A DNA stretch of 64,000 nt from Gemmatimonadota bacterium (GCA_039586555.1 JBDHKE010000013.1:3781-67780); one strand, 5' to 3'; positions 27,971-40,646 are shown, counted from the first letter of the stretch. Notes: a model not told the origin generated them from the letters alone. Numbers and translations are program-made.

Positions 27971-29063
27971 CGCTAAAGCGGAAGAGGAGGATGTCTCCGT
28001 CCTGCACGACGTAGTCCTTGCCCTCCGACCGCACCCGCCCCAGCTCCCTGGCAGACTTCATCGATCCGGCGACCACGAATTCCTCGAACTGAATGGTCTC
28101 GGCCCGGATGAAGCCCCGCTGGAAGTCCGTGTGAATCGCACCGGCGGCCTCCGGAGCGAGTGAGCCTCTCGGTAGGATCCACGCTCGGGCTTCCTTTTCG
28201 TTGAAGGTGAAGAAGGTGATGAGGCCCAGTAGTCCGTAGGCGGCGCGTATCAGTCGGCTCAGCCCCGCTTCGGATACGCCCAGCTCGTCGAGGAACTCCT
28301 TTCGCTCGTCCGGAGCCAGCTCGGCGAGCTCCGCTTCGATTCGAGAACTCACGGCGATCATCGGTCCCGCGGATTCTCGCTCCAGCGCATCGGCGAGCCG
28401 CCGGGTGAACTCGTTCTCGCAATCGGGCAGGTCCGACTCCCCCACGTTCGCGACGAAGAGGACCGGTTTCGCCGTCAGAAGGTTGTACGAACGGACCCGC
28501 TGCCACCGGTCCGGAGGTAGATCGAGGGACCGGACCGGCAGACCCTGATCCAGCGTCTCTCGGCAGGGAAGGAGAGCCTGCTCTTCGGCAAGGGCTTCTC
28601 CTTCGCCTGATCGCGCTCTCTTGCTCACCTTCTCGAGACGACGCTCGACCGCCTCCAGATCGGCGAGAGCCAGCTCCGTATCAACGATCCCGCGGTCCCT
28701 CACCGGATCCACGGTTCCCAGGACATGGGCCACGTCGGGATCTTCGAAGCAACGGAGAACATGGGCAATCGCGTCAACGTCGCGAATGTGCCCCAGGAAT
28801 TGGTTCCCCAGGCCTTCGCCGTGGGAAGCACCCTCCACCAGGCCCGCGACATCCACGAACTGGATGAACGTGGGAACACGTTGGGGTGACCTTACGAGCG
28901 CGTGAAGACGGTCGAGACGCGCCTCCGGGACTTCCACCGTACCCACGTTGGGATCGACCGTGCAGAAAGGGTAGTTGTCCGCCGCCGCCCCCGCCGCCGT
29001 CAAGGCGTTGAAGAGGCAGGATTTGCCGACGTTGGGAAGCCCGACGATTCCGACCTTGAGCAT
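27966..29063 (-). CDS. ychF: Ribosome-binding ATPase YchF (OLA1)
   Basis: MLKVGIVGLPNVGKSCLFNALT (G1), a TGS-like C-terminus and the overall YchF pattern. Confidence 0.9.
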   Translation of the reverse strand: MLKVGIVGLPNVGKSCLFNALTAAGAAADNYPFCTVDPNVGTVEVPEARLDRLHALVRSPQRVPTFIQFVDVAGLVEGASHGEGLGNQFLGHIRDVDAIAHVLRCFEDPDVAHVLGTVDPVRDRGIVDTELALADLEAVERRLEKVSKRARSGEGEALAEEQALLPCRETLDQGLPVRSLDLPPDRWQRVRSYNLLTAKPVLFVANVGESDLPDCENEFTRRLADALERESAGPMIAVSSRIEAELAELAPDERKEFLDELGVSEAGLSRLIRAAYGLLGLITFFTFNEKEARAWILPRGSLAPEAAGAIHTDFQRGFIRAETIQFEEFVVAGSMKSARELGRVRSEGKDYVVQDGDILLFRFSV

Positions 29064-29331
29064 GCTTCGGGACTTGCCTGCCGGCCACAGGCCCTGGGCG
29101 CTGCCGGGTGGGGTGGCCTTCGAACAGGGGTCTAATGAGGCGGCCGGCCCTGCGCGTGAATCTCGGTGAAGCTATTCCGGGGTCGCGTGCGGGTCAATCA
29201 GCACCCCGCCGGTACTTGCATTCACAATGGATTGGGTCGAGCTTCTTGCCCTCGGAAACCACACGAGTACCATGTTCGGTACACTCTGACGGGCGGAGTA
29301 CAGTGAGTCTCGGTAAACGCAGTCCTCGGCA

Positions 29332-30429
29332 TTGACGGACCCCAACGAAATGCGATTCTCTTTCGCCGGCAGTCACGCGGAAAGCCGGTACGAGTGGTTC
29401 GCCAACGGCCTCCGAGAGTCGATGGAGGGTCACGGCCACAGCTTCGTCGATGACCCCCAGCAGGCGTCGCTGGTGGTGAATTTCTTCCCCAAGGGCCATC
29501 CCCGACCATTTCGTCGGAAGTCGCAGGCCGTCTTCGTCGTCTCTGTCTGCGACGCGGACCCCCCCTTCTCGTCACCGATCTCGGAGGGGTATCCGTTGGT
29601 GGTGCGCTCCCTGTCGAACCTGGTCATCGCCCTGGTCGGCGAGGGAGAGGAGCCAGACGCACACTTCCTCACTCCTGAGCAAGGGCATTACGTGGTCGAT
29701 GGCGCCAACGGGCGGTCCGACTACTTCGAGGCGGTCTATTCCCGGATCGAGCCGCTGGCTACCTCACGACTGGTGATCGACAACGTCTTCGAGCGGGACC
29801 TTCCGCAGGACCTGCGGGGCGGGGACGAAGCTGCCCGGTCCATCTCCCGCGCCGGCAAGAAGCTGGGTGCTCTGAACCTTCTTCCCGCGGCCTTTCCGGT
29901 CGAGAAGGTGCTCTCGGCCCGGGAGTTGCGCCACCTGAAGCGGCTCTATGGGATGGGCGGTTTGAGCTACGGGAACGTCAGCGCTCGACACGACGAGACC
30001 CGTTTCTGGATGAGCGCCAGTGGTGTGGACAAGTCGAACCTCCGAGAGGTTGGGCGGGATATCCTTCTCGTGAAGGACTACGACCGCGAGCGGAACGCCA
30101 TGGTTCTGAGCGTCCCGCCCGATGTGGAGCCTCGCAGGGTCTCGGTGGACGCCATCGAGCACTGGATGATCTACCGGGAGCACCCCCGAGTGGGCGCGAT
30201 CCTTCACGTCCATGCATGGATGCAGGGCGTCCCATCCACCGAGGTCAACTACCCATGTGGAACCTACGAGCTCGGGAAGGCGGTGGCAGATCTCGTCCGC
30301 GAGGCCGAGGATCCGTCCCGCGCTGTGATCGGCCTCAAGAACCACGGACTGACCATCACCGGGCACTCGCTCGACGAGATCTTCGACCGGGTCGAAGGGA
30401 AGCTGGTGAGGAACGTCCCCATGTCCTGA
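29332..30429 (+). CDS. Class II aldolase/adducin-domain protein with ~190-aa N-terminal extension of unknown function
   Basis: The C-terminal half carries aldolase-II motifs (GNVSARHDE..., ILHVHAWMQG, KNHGLTITGHSLDE); the N-terminal half has no recognisable family. Confidence 0.65.
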   Translation: MTDPNEMRFSFAGSHAESRYEWFANGLRESMEGHGHSFVDDPQQASLVVNFFPKGHPRPFRRKSQAVFVVSVCDADPPFSSPISEGYPLVVRSLSNLVIALVGEGEEPDAHFLTPEQGHYVVDGANGRSDYFEAVYSRIEPLATSRLVIDNVFERDLPQDLRGGDEAARSISRAGKKLGALNLLPAAFPVEKVLSARELRHLKRLYGMGGLSYGNVSARHDETRFWMSASGVDKSNLREVGRDILLVKDYDRERNAMVLSVPPDVEPRRVSVDAIEHWMIYREHPRVGAILHVHAWMQGVPSTEVNYPCGTYELGKAVADLVREAEDPSRAVIGLKNHGLTITGHSLDEIFDRVEGKLVRNVPMS

Positions 30430-30655
30430 GAACGGCGTGATGGCACTTTCCGAGCCCAGGTTGACCTCGAGCCGGAGCCGGCAAGGGGCCGGCGGGAGAC
30501 GGTTCCTTTGGATGGCCGCCTGTTTCCGCAGGCGGCTTTCTGTTTAGTTGGGAAGACTCGCGCCGCCCGTCGCGTAGTACACAGAGGGGATGGAAGCCGG
30601 AGGTCGGGCGCCCTTCAGCGCTTCACTTTCCCTCCGTCTCGAATGGAGCGTCAAG

Positions 30656-31294
30656 ATGCTCGCTCTCTATGTCTTCAGTCTGATCGTCGGCGGTGCCTTC
30701 CTCGCCATCGCCGTGCTCGGGGACTTCCTCCACGGAGATGTGAGCGACGTGGACGTGGGCGGAATGGATGTGGACGGGGTCGACGTGGATTTCCACCTGG
30801 AGCCGCATACGGATGTGGACCTCGTTCACGGTGAGGTTCACGGCGGAGCTCAAGTCGCCACCAAGATCCTCTCGATTCGAACCATCGTGTATTCGCTATT
30901 CGGGTTCGGAGCTGTGGGAACCGCCCTTTCAACGGTGGGGGGTGGTGCGCGGTCGCCGGTCACCCTGGCGTTCGCGGTGCTGGGGGGAGGTCTTTCCGGT
31001 GCGCTCATCACCACCGTATTCAACTACCTGAGGCGATCCGAAGCGGGGCAGCAGTCCGGGGAGGGCAGCTTCATCGGGCTGACGGGGCGGGTGACCCTGC
31101 CGCTGGGACCGGGAGCCACGGGAAGCATCGTCGTCGAGCACGGGGCGAGGCAGCACGTTCTCCGGGCTCTCCCCCATGCACAAGCCATGGAAGACACTGA
31201 TCCGAGCACGTGGAAGACCGTGGTGATCGTCGAGATGGAGCGTGGGATCGCCCGAGTCGCACCGGTAGAAGAAGACCTGAGACTCGGGCCTTGA
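30656..31294 (+). CDS. NfeD-family membrane protein (stomatin/flotillin-operon partner)
   Basis: Two or three transmembrane helices followed by a C-terminal OB-fold-like domain (GLTGRVTLPLGPGATGSIVVEHGARQHVLRA). SD GGAG sits 6 nt before the ATG at 30656. Immediately precedes a flotillin gene. Confidence 0.68.
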   Translation: MLALYVFSLIVGGAFLAIAVLGDFLHGDVSDVDVGGMDVDGVDVDFHLEPHTDVDLVHGEVHGGAQVATKILSIRTIVYSLFGFGAVGTALSTVGGGARSPVTLAFAVLGGGLSGALITTVFNYLRRSEAGQQSGEGSFIGLTGRVTLPLGPGATGSIVVEHGARQHVLRALPHAQAMEDTDPSTWKTVVIVEMERGIARVAPVEEDLRLGP

Positions 31295-31345
31295 GTGACC
31301 AACCGACACCATGGGTCCCCGGGATCCCAGAACGGAGATGAGGAA

Positions 31346-32656
31346 ATGCCAGACGTCGTCATCGGCGCAGCCGTAATCGCAGTCGTCGTGGTCATCGCGG
31401 CGCTGGTCGCCATCGCGACCATTCAGTCACTCATCGTCATCGTGCCTCCCAACGAGGCGGCCGTCATCACCGGGAGAACCCGAACCCTGTTGGACGGCCA
31501 ACGAGTGGGGTACCGCTCGGTGATCGGGGGCCGGACTCTGCGAATTCCCATCATCGAGACGGTCGATTGGGTCAGCCTCGAGACCATACCCATCGAGATC
31601 TCGGTCGCCAATGCATTCTCGAAGGGAAACATCCCGCTGAACATCGACGCCATCGCGAACGTGAAGATCGCCTCCCAACCAGAAACGGTGTTCAACAACG
31701 CGGTGGAGCGTCTCCTGGAGAAGACCGAAGAAGAGGTTCGAGACCTGGCCCGGGATACCCTCATGGGCAATCTGCGGGGCGTGCTGGCGAAGCTCACCCC
31801 GGAGGAAGTGAACGAGGACCGCCTCGGGTTTGCGGCGGCTTTGTCGGAGGACGCGGGTGAAGACCTGGCGGCTCTCGGCTTCCACCTGGACGTTCTGAAG
31901 ATCCAGAACGTCAGTGATGAGCGGGGCTACCTGGCTGCCATCGGTCGGAAGAAGGCCGCGGAAGCCATCCGGGACGCAGAGATCGCAGAGGCGGATGCCG
32001 AAGCGGATGCCCGGGAGCGACAAGCCCTCGCCGTCCAACGAGCCGAGGTGACCGAGGCGAACGCCCAGATCAAGGTGGCCGAGGCGAAGAACGATCTTCG
32101 CGTCCGGCAGGCCCAGCTGGACCAGGAGGGCGAGACCACCGAGCTCACGGCCAAGGTGCGGGCCAAGGAGGCGGAGGTGGAAGCCCTTCGGGAGCTGGAG
32201 GTCAAGCGCGTGCAGCGGGAACAGGAGCGCCTGCGAGCCGACGTGATCGTGCCGGCCAACGCCCAGAGGGAGGCCGCCAAGGCGCTGGCCGAAGGCGAGG
32301 CCGCCCCGATTCTCGAGCAGGGGAAGGCGCAGGTGCAGGTCCTGAGGATGCTCTACGACGAGATCAAGGCGGGAGGGGAAGAGGCCTACTCGGTCTTCAT
32401 CGCCGAGAAACTGCCGAACCTCCTGGGCATTGCCGTGGACGCCGTGAAGGGGGTCGACATCGACCGGGTCGTCGTCATGGACGGCGGCAGCGGTCAGGGC
32501 GTGAGCAGTGCCGTGAACCAGAGGGTCCAGGGCGCCTTCGGGACACTTGAGGCTCTGGGCTCCGCCCTTGGGATCGACATCCAGGAGGTGGTTCAGGGCG
32601 CTTCGAAACGGGTCGCCCCTCAGGCCTCTCCACCGAGCCAGGCGGAGGCCTACTAG
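31346..32656 (+). CDS. Flotillin-like SPFH/band-7 protein (FloT/YuaG-like)
   Basis: N-terminal TM hairpin, SPFH domain and a long Ala/Glu-rich coiled-coil with EA repeats (RDAEIAEADAEADARERQAL...). Probable start at the internal Met, 31346. Confidence 0.82.
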   Translation: MPDVVIGAAVIAVVVVIAALVAIATIQSLIVIVPPNEAAVITGRTRTLLDGQRVGYRSVIGGRTLRIPIIETVDWVSLETIPIEISVANAFSKGNIPLNIDAIANVKIASQPETVFNNAVERLLEKTEEEVRDLARDTLMGNLRGVLAKLTPEEVNEDRLGFAAALSEDAGEDLAALGFHLDVLKIQNVSDERGYLAAIGRKKAAEAIRDAEIAEADAEADARERQALAVQRAEVTEANAQIKVAEAKNDLRVRQAQLDQEGETTELTAKVRAKEAEVEALRELEVKRVQREQERLRADVIVPANAQREAAKALAEGEAAPILEQGKAQVQVLRMLYDEIKAGGEEAYSVFIAEKLPNLLGIAVDAVKGVDIDRVVVMDGGSGQGVSSAVNQRVQGAFGTLEALGSALGIDIQEVVQGASKRVAPQASPPSQAEAY

Positions 32657-32798
32657 GAAGGTCGCCTGCGGATGCCCGCCCGAGGGCCGTTTTCTGGAGG
32701 AACCGCCAGAGGTCTCAATCAGACGATCGGCCCTCGGGATCCCCTCCGCCAGGGCGCAGGCCCGAGGAACGCTCGTCATCCCGCGCCCATCCAGTGGC

Positions 32799-33998
32799 TC
32801 AGGCCAGAGCCGATTGCATGGCCGAGATGATCCCCGGGTAACGGTCGTAGGCCCAACGGGCCTCTTCCAGATCCAGGCGTTCCCGATTCGTGTGGGCGAA
32901 CCCCTCCTCCCCTGGAGCGAAGCCCACAGTGGGAATCCCGAAGACACCACAACTCCAGCCCCCGTCCGTAGCGAACCTCCAGGGGCGAGCGGTCGCTGGA
33001 CCGGCACCGGTCTTCTTCCCGGCTGCCCTGGCCGCCGCCTGCACGACCGGATGCCCCGTGTCCATGAGGAATCCGGGGGTGATGATGCTGCGGTGCGAAG
33101 CGAGGCCCGTGTAGGTTCGCTGGTGCTCCCGGGCCGCACGGACTTCGATGCGCAGGCCGTCGGGAAGAGGCCCTACGGCAACGGCAATCTCATCTCTCAA
33201 CCGCTCGGTGAGGGTCTCCTCCGTATCGTTCGGAAGAATCCGCCAATCCAACACGAGGACGAGCTCGTCCGGAATGACGTTGCGACTTTCGGGCCGGACT
33301 TCGAGACCGGTTGGAGCAAGACTCGCCCGCCCCAGCACAGGGTCCGCCGCTTGGCGCTCCGCCAGCGACCCCACCGCAGCTAGAAGCGGTGGGAGCAGGT
33401 CGATGGGGTTCCGGGCCCGTTCCGGTGCGCTGGCGTGCCCGGAGACTCCTCGAACCACCACCTCCAGCTCTGCTCGCCCCCGATGCCCGATCGTCACGTC
33501 GCCGTGGGTGGCCTCACCGATCAGAACCGCACCAGGGCTCACCGATCCTTCCTGAAGGAGGTGCTCCATGCCCCAGCCACCTCGCTCTTCCAGGACGGTG
33601 TGGGCCATGATCACCTGACCCGACGCCCTACCCCGAAGACTGGCCGCAGCGTGAGTCATCAGAGCCAGCTGGCCCTTGATATCCATTGACCCCCGTCCGT
33701 GGAGGCACCCCCCCGCGATCTCTCCCGAGAAGGGCGGATATTCCCACTCTTCAGGATCGCCCTCGGCCACTACGTCCAGGTGTGCGTTCACCAGAATCGC
33801 CGGAGCCAGTCCCTCTCCTTCCACTGACCCGATCACGTTCCCCACTTCGTCGACCCGCACGTGCGCGTATCCCAGAGCCTCCATCTCGGCCTTCACCCGC
33901 ACCGCCACCTCGCCTTCGCCGCCCGGCGGCGAAGGTATCCGGATCAGATCCTGTGCGAATGAAATGGCACCTTCGAAGCTTGGCTCTCTCATGCTCAT
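32799..33998 (-). CDS. M20-family metallopeptidase/deacylase (ArgE/DapE-like)
   Basis: NAHLDVV...[10 protein letters not shown]...GEATHGD...GVSGHAS metal-binding pattern of M20 enzymes. Confidence 0.78.
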   Translation of the reverse strand: MSMREPSFEGAISFAQDLIRIPSPPGGEGEVAVRVKAEMEALGYAHVRVDEVGNVIGSVEGEGLAPAILVNAHLDVVAEGDPEEWEYPPFSGEIAGGCLHGRGSMDIKGQLALMTHAAASLRGRASGQVIMAHTVLEERGGWGMEHLLQEGSVSPGAVLIGEATHGDVTIGHRGRAELEVVVRGVSGHASAPERARNPIDLLPPLLAAVGSLAERQAADPVLGRASLAPTGLEVRPESRNVIPDELVLVLDWRILPNDTEETLTERLRDEIAVAVGPLPDGLRIEVRAAREHQRTYTGLASHRSIITPGFLMDTGHPVVQAAARAAGKKTGAGPATARPWRFATDGGWSCGVFGIPTVGFAPGEEGFAHTNRERLDLEEARWAYDRYPGIISAMQSALA

Positions 33999-34166
33999 AT
34001 TGCTCTGGGAGAACTCCGGATTACTGGGAGGAGAGCCCTGCGAGCCGGAGTCTCGGAGAAGCCGCCCCTACCGTCAGGGCTCAAGCGACCGGGGAGACGA
34101 GCACGGGTCGGCAGGCTGGGCCCGTCCCGTCTCTTCGTCGCGCCACCGCTGCCGGGCGCCGGGCGC

Positions 34167-36290
<2,124 letters not shown>

Positions 36291-36338
36291 CGGCGAATCA
36301 TTCTCCCGTTTCGATGTGACGTGCGACGATCTCCCACC

Positions 36339-36902
36339 CTACCGGTTGTGTCGGGTCATCGTCAGTTCGATGCCTTCTTCCAGCCAGTCCATGACCGCCC
36401 GTGTCAACCCCGGCAGCAGCCCGATCACGGTGTCTTCCTCGTCATCGCTCATAGGAGAAAGGACCCAGTCGGTCAGATCGATGCTTGGCGGATTACGGCC
36501 GACCCCGATGCGCAGCCGAGCGTAGTGGTCCGTCCCCAGCACACGGCACACGGACTCCAGACCCTTGTGGCCACCCCAGCCTCCAGACGCACGAAAGCGA
36601 ACGCGGCCCACTTCGAGGGCCGCGTCATCCACGACGACCAGAAGGTCCCGGGAGGTGTCAAAATCCTGGAGGGTTGTCAGATGCGCCAGCGCGGCACCGC
36701 TCCGATTCATGTACGTCGTGGGCTTGATCAGGGCCACCCGCTGGGGACCCACCGATCCTTCGCTGGTGAGCGCGAATTGTCCCTTCTCGAACGGTCCGAA
36801 CTCCCAGTCGTACGCGAGTCGGTCCACAACCCACCAGCCGACGTTGTGCCGGGTGTCGTCGTACTCGGACCCGGGGTTCCCGAGCCCGGCGACCACTTTC
36901 AT
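36339..36902 (-). CDS. pth: Peptidyl-tRNA hydrolase
   Basis: MKVVAGLGNPGSEYDDTRHNVGW... is the canonical Pth N-terminus. Confidence 0.9.
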   Translation of the reverse strand: MKVVAGLGNPGSEYDDTRHNVGWWVVDRLAYDWEFGPFEKGQFALTSEGSVGPQRVALIKPTTYMNRSGAALAHLTTLQDFDTSRDLLVVVDDAALEVGRVRFRASGGWGGHKGLESVCRVLGTDHYARLRIGVGRNPPSIDLTDWVLSPMSDDEEDTVIGLLPGLTRAVMDWLEEGIELTMTRHNR

Positions 36903-36913
36903 TCGGAATCTCG

Positions 36914-37597
36914 CTACTCCTCCTCCGTCCCGGCCGCTTCGACCTCGACGCCCTCCTCTTCAGCCTCCTCGCCTGCCACAACTTCCACCTCCTCCACCTC
37001 GACCTCGAACTCCTCGGGCGCAGCGCGCCGAGCCGCCACGGCGCAGACCATCTGCTCGGGGTCCACCAGGATCTCGACGCCCTCGGGGACGACCATGTCG
37101 GAGACATGGAGCGAGTCGCCCACTTCGAGACCGCTTACTTCCAGCTCGATGACCTCGGGGATAGCCGCGGGGACACACTTCACCCGGACGTCGTGCGTGA
37201 CCTGTTCCAGGATTCCCCCGTGGTCCCTCACGCCCACCGCAGATCCCGTCAGATGCACAGGAATGTCGACTTCCACAGCGACGCCGCTTCGGACGCGGAG
37301 GAAGTCCACATGAAGGATGTCGCCTCGCACAGGATGCGCCTGGATCTCGCGGATGAGGATATCCACGGCTCGACGCTGCCCTTCCACCTTCAGCCCCACG
37401 ATCGTGTTATCCACCGAGATCGAACGGAACAGATGCTCAGCCTCGTGGGCATCGATGGTGAGAGGCACCGAGCGCACGTCGTGCCCGTACATCACGGCCG
37501 GAATCCGGCCCTCGGCACGGATCCTCCGCGCGATGCCCTTCCCTGTCTCGTCCCGCTTCTTCGCAGTCAGTGTTGGCTTGCTCGTCATCTCTGGCAC
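36914..37597 (-). CDS. rplY: 50S ribosomal protein L25 / general stress protein Ctc
   Basis: ...AKKRDETGKGIARRIRAEGRIPAVMYG... plus a C-terminal acidic extension typical of Ctc-form L25. Confidence 0.85.
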   Translation of the reverse strand: MPEMTSKPTLTAKKRDETGKGIARRIRAEGRIPAVMYGHDVRSVPLTIDAHEAEHLFRSISVDNTIVGLKVEGQRRAVDILIREIQAHPVRGDILHVDFLRVRSGVAVEVDIPVHLTGSAVGVRDHGGILEQVTHDVRVKCVPAAIPEVIELEVSGLEVGDSLHVSDMVVPEGVEILVDPEQMVCAVAARRAAPEEFEVEVEEVEVVAGEEAEEEGVEVEAAGTEEE

Positions 37598-37605
37598 TCG
37601 CCCCG

Positions 37606-38574
37606 TCAGGTGCTGGTTACACGCAGCTCGAACAGCTGGCTGACGGACTTGTTCAGGTGGATGTAGCGGATCGCCTGGGAGAGCAGGCCCGCCACCGAGA
37701 GGATTCTCAATCGCTCGAAACGGCGCTCCTCCGGAACGTGGATCGTGTTGGTCACCACCAGTTCCTCCAGAGGCGACGCTGACAGCTTCTCCACCGCCCT
37801 GCCCGAGAGAAGGGCGTGCGTGGCGGACGCGTAGACTCTCGTCGCTCCTCGATCCACGAGCGCGTGGACGGCAGACGCCATAGTCCCACCAGTGTCCACC
37901 ATGTCATCTGAAATGAGGCAGGGGCGCCCCTCGACCTCACCCACCACGTTGAGCACTTCCGCCTCGTTCGGGGCAGGTCGGCGCTTGTCGATGATCGCGA
38001 AGGTGGCACCCAGGCGTTTCGCGAACCCGCGCGCCATCTTCGCCGAGCCCACGTCCGGAGCGACCACCACCAGCCCTTCCAGATCCAGGTTTCGGAAGTA
38101 CGCGGTGAGGACCGGCGCAGCGTAGAGATGGTCCACGGGAATGTCGAAGAAGCCCTGGATCTGGTGCTGATGGAAGTCAATTCCGAGAACGCGGTCGGCC
38201 CCGGCAGCCGCAAGGAGGTTCGCAACCAGCTTGGCTCCGATCGCGACCCGGGGCTGATCCTTCCGGTCCTGGCGCCCGTAGCCGTAGTAGGGAATGACGG
38301 CGGTGATGCGGGCGGCCGAGGCTCTGCGGGCCGCGTCGATGAGAAGCAGGAGCTCCATGAGCGCATCCGCTGGAGCCACCGTGGATTGGATGACGAAGAC
38401 GTCACGGCCCCGGGCATTCTCGTCGATGCGCACGAAGATCTCGCCGTCCGCAAAGTTCCGAATCGTCGCGCCGAGAGCGGACTCTCCCAGTCGTTCGCCC
38501 ATCTCCAGCGCCAGCGGGCGGTTGGACCGACCCGAGAGGAGCAGGAGAGGGCCCCTTTGAAACGTGTCATCCAT
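37606..38574 (-). CDS. prs: Ribose-phosphate pyrophosphokinase
   Basis: ...DVFVIQS...VIPYYGYGRQDRK...GADRVLGIDFHQ...DDMVDTGGT... PRPP synthetase motifs. Confidence 0.9.
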   Translation of the reverse strand: MDDTFQRGPLLLLSGRSNRPLALEMGERLGESALGATIRNFADGEIFVRIDENARGRDVFVIQSTVAPADALMELLLLIDAARRASAARITAVIPYYGYGRQDRKDQPRVAIGAKLVANLLAAAGADRVLGIDFHQHQIQGFFDIPVDHLYAAPVLTAYFRNLDLEGLVVVAPDVGSAKMARGFAKRLGATFAIIDKRRPAPNEAEVLNVVGEVEGRPCLISDDMVDTGGTMASAVHALVDRGATRVYASATHALLSGRAVEKLSASPLEELVVTNTIHVPEERRFERLRILSVAGLLSQAIRYIHLNKSVSQLFELRVTST

Positions 38575-38676
38575 AGTCAGAACGAGTAGACGATCCCGTG
38601 AATGCGAGAGCCCGTGAAGGTAGAAAAGAGCGGTACGAGCGTCAACACATTCGCACTGTGAGGAACCGTGGTCGGT

Positions 38677-40449
38677 TTAGCCAGAAACCCGAAAGCCCCG
38701 GGTCGCGATGATTGCCGACCGCCCCGGAAGAGAGAGCTCCAACGTCACCTCGTACTCCCCCGGATCGAGATCAGGGAGATCCAGGTTCAGCGCCCGAAAC
38801 TGAGGCCCGGGCCTTTCGGGTCCCTGCTCCTCCCAGGCAAGGAATAGGGGGGGCTCTCGGTCGAAGAGACGAAGCCACTCCCCGGCTCTTCGGAGGAAGC
38901 TCCGGTCTCGGCGAACGACGGTCAGGCGATACCGAAGGTGCTCCTTGACGGGTCGAAGCCCGTAGACCTCCCACGAGACGCCCAACCGCCCTCGGGCGGG
39001 TACGTGGGCGCGAGCCAGGAGGCGCGGGAGCGTTTCTTCGAGGGAAGAGGGCTCATGCTCCCCCGAGGCAAGCAGTAGGAGATCCGACAGCGCCACGGCG
39101 CCCGGCACGAGAGGCTGCGGGTCTCCGAGCCCATATCGTGTCCGCGCGGCCCACGCCCCTTGACGATCCAGGGCCTCCACGCTCGCCAGGTACCGTCCCA
39201 GGGGAACCAGGAGAGTAAGGACACCTGCCGAATCCCCCGAGGATCGCGCTTCGTAGGCAGGGACCCCGTCCTCCGTGAGCAGGAAGACTCCAGACTCCCA
39301 GCGCTCGCGGTCGCCCGCCCTGGAGGAGGCATCCCTGTCCGGATCCTCGTGAGGCTCGGCGCCGTACACGAAGATCACGAGAAGCGAGTCCCCCCGCCGC
39401 AGCCGGTACGCCGATGCATCGAGCTCTTCTACGCTGGGAGCGTAGGCTGGGGCGTAGCTAGCGTGCGGGACCTCCGCTTCCAGCTTCCACTCCCCGGGCT
39501 GGATATCCCAGGGTTGTCTCAGCATGCGAACAGACGGGATGAACTCCCGGCTGTCTGGGTGATGATGACCGATGATGGTGCCAGGTCCCGTCTGGCCCGG
39601 TCCAGGACGGGCCCGCTCCCATCCCACCTCTCGACCGTACCGAAGAAGGAGCTCCGCCATGTCCTTCCCCCAGGACATGGCATAGGTGGAACGGCCCTGC
39701 GAGCGGATTCGGGCCTCCACCTGCCTCGAGAAGTGCTCTGTGGCACGGTCGTTTCCCGGGACGAGAAAGAGCGGGTCCGCCAGGGCCCACAGGAAGCGGG
39801 TCAATCGAGCCCGTTCCTCCTCCGACGCGCCATCCAGCAGGCTCCATCCATCGAGATCGAGGAGGACCTCGAGATCGGACCACTCCTGGGCCAGCTCGGC
39901 GGGCATGGCAGCCAGCGCCCGCCGGAAGGCCTCCTCCGCAGAGGCGGCGTCGCCCTTCCCGTGCAGCGCGTATCCCAGGACTGCGTGGCACCACCAGGAG
40001 CCAGCGGGCACGCAGCCCCGAGAGAGGCCCAGCGCCTCGTCCCAGAGCCCTGACTCTGCCAGATACCGAAGTCTCTGCCCCAGTATCCACTCGTCGCCGG
40101 GCAGCTTGACCGCCAAAGCTTCCAGCAGGCCGAGGAGCTCCGTCCGGGCCTCTTGGATCTCGGCCGGTTCAGGCGTCGGCTCCCAGCTCCCGTCATCGTG
40201 CGTCAGACACATGCGAATGACGATCTCGTCGCAGGATCCTCCTGAGTCCCCCCAGACCGCCGGGAGGTGGGAGCGCCGGACACGCTCGAACAGCTCCTGA
40301 GCGTCCTGAGCCTCTTCCAGGATCTTCAGGGAGTCGGACCTGGGCGGCTCCGATTGGCCCTGAAGGACGGTTCCCGCTGCAGCGTGGGGGAACGTTGCCA
40401 GGGTCGATCCGGCGACAGCGACACCCCACAGCGGAATAGGGAAGCGCAT
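38677..40449 (-). CDS. Hypothetical secreted protein (590 aa)
   Basis: N-terminal signal peptide. No family recognisable from sequence; rich in Trp/Glu/Leu-Arg. Confidence 0.45.
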   Translation of the reverse strand: MRFPIPLWGVAVAGSTLATFPHAAAGTVLQGQSEPPRSDSLKILEEAQDAQELFERVRRSHLPAVWGDSGGSCDEIVIRMCLTHDDGSWEPTPEPAEIQEARTELLGLLEALAVKLPGDEWILGQRLRYLAESGLWDEALGLSRGCVPAGSWWCHAVLGYALHGKGDAASAEEAFRRALAAMPAELAQEWSDLEVLLDLDGWSLLDGASEEERARLTRFLWALADPLFLVPGNDRATEHFSRQVEARIRSQGRSTYAMSWGKDMAELLLRYGREVGWERARPGPGQTGPGTIIGHHHPDSREFIPSVRMLRQPWDIQPGEWKLEAEVPHASYAPAYAPSVEELDASAYRLRRGDSLLVIFVYGAEPHEDPDRDASSRAGDRERWESGVFLLTEDGVPAYEARSSGDSAGVLTLLVPLGRYLASVEALDRQGAWAARTRYGLGDPQPLVPGAVALSDLLLLASGEHEPSSLEETLPRLLARAHVPARGRLGVSWEVYGLRPVKEHLRYRLTVVRRDRSFLRRAGEWLRLFDREPPLFLAWEEQGPERPGPQFRALNLDLPDLDPGEYEVTLELSLPGRSAIIATRGFRVSG

Positions 40450-40553
40450 TCAGGACATCCCGAGCTGTAGACTCAGCTGCCCTCGACTGCGCTCCGGGTG
40501 GTTTAGGAGCGAAGTCGGGGTCGAGTTCAATACGGATCGAACAGCGGAAGAAG

Positions 40554-40624
40554 TTGGCCCGGGTGGATTCGAACCACCACCGCCGGTTCCAAAGACCGGT
40601 GTCCTGCCATTAGACGACGGGCCA
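40554..40624 (-). tRNA. tRNA-Gln (anticodon UUG)
   Basis: Hand-folded cloverleaf: acceptor UGGCCCG/CGGGCCA, anticodon stem CCGGU/ACCGG with loop CUUUGGA (anticodon UUG), T-arm GGUGG-UUCGAAU-CCACC, discriminator A. The 3' CCA is not encoded. Confidence 0.8.
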
Positions 40625-40646
40625 CCTGCGTGGAAGATCCTGAATC

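Noticed and set aside
32657-32798. Rho-independent terminator between convergent flotillin and M20 peptidase genes
   Set aside because: A T-run (ccgttttctgg) is present but the preceding sequence forms only a 3-4-bp stem, which is not convincing.
31427-33139. 570-aa minus-strand ORF
   Set aside because: Antisense to the flotillin gene and overlapping the M20 peptidase in another frame; no domain signal.
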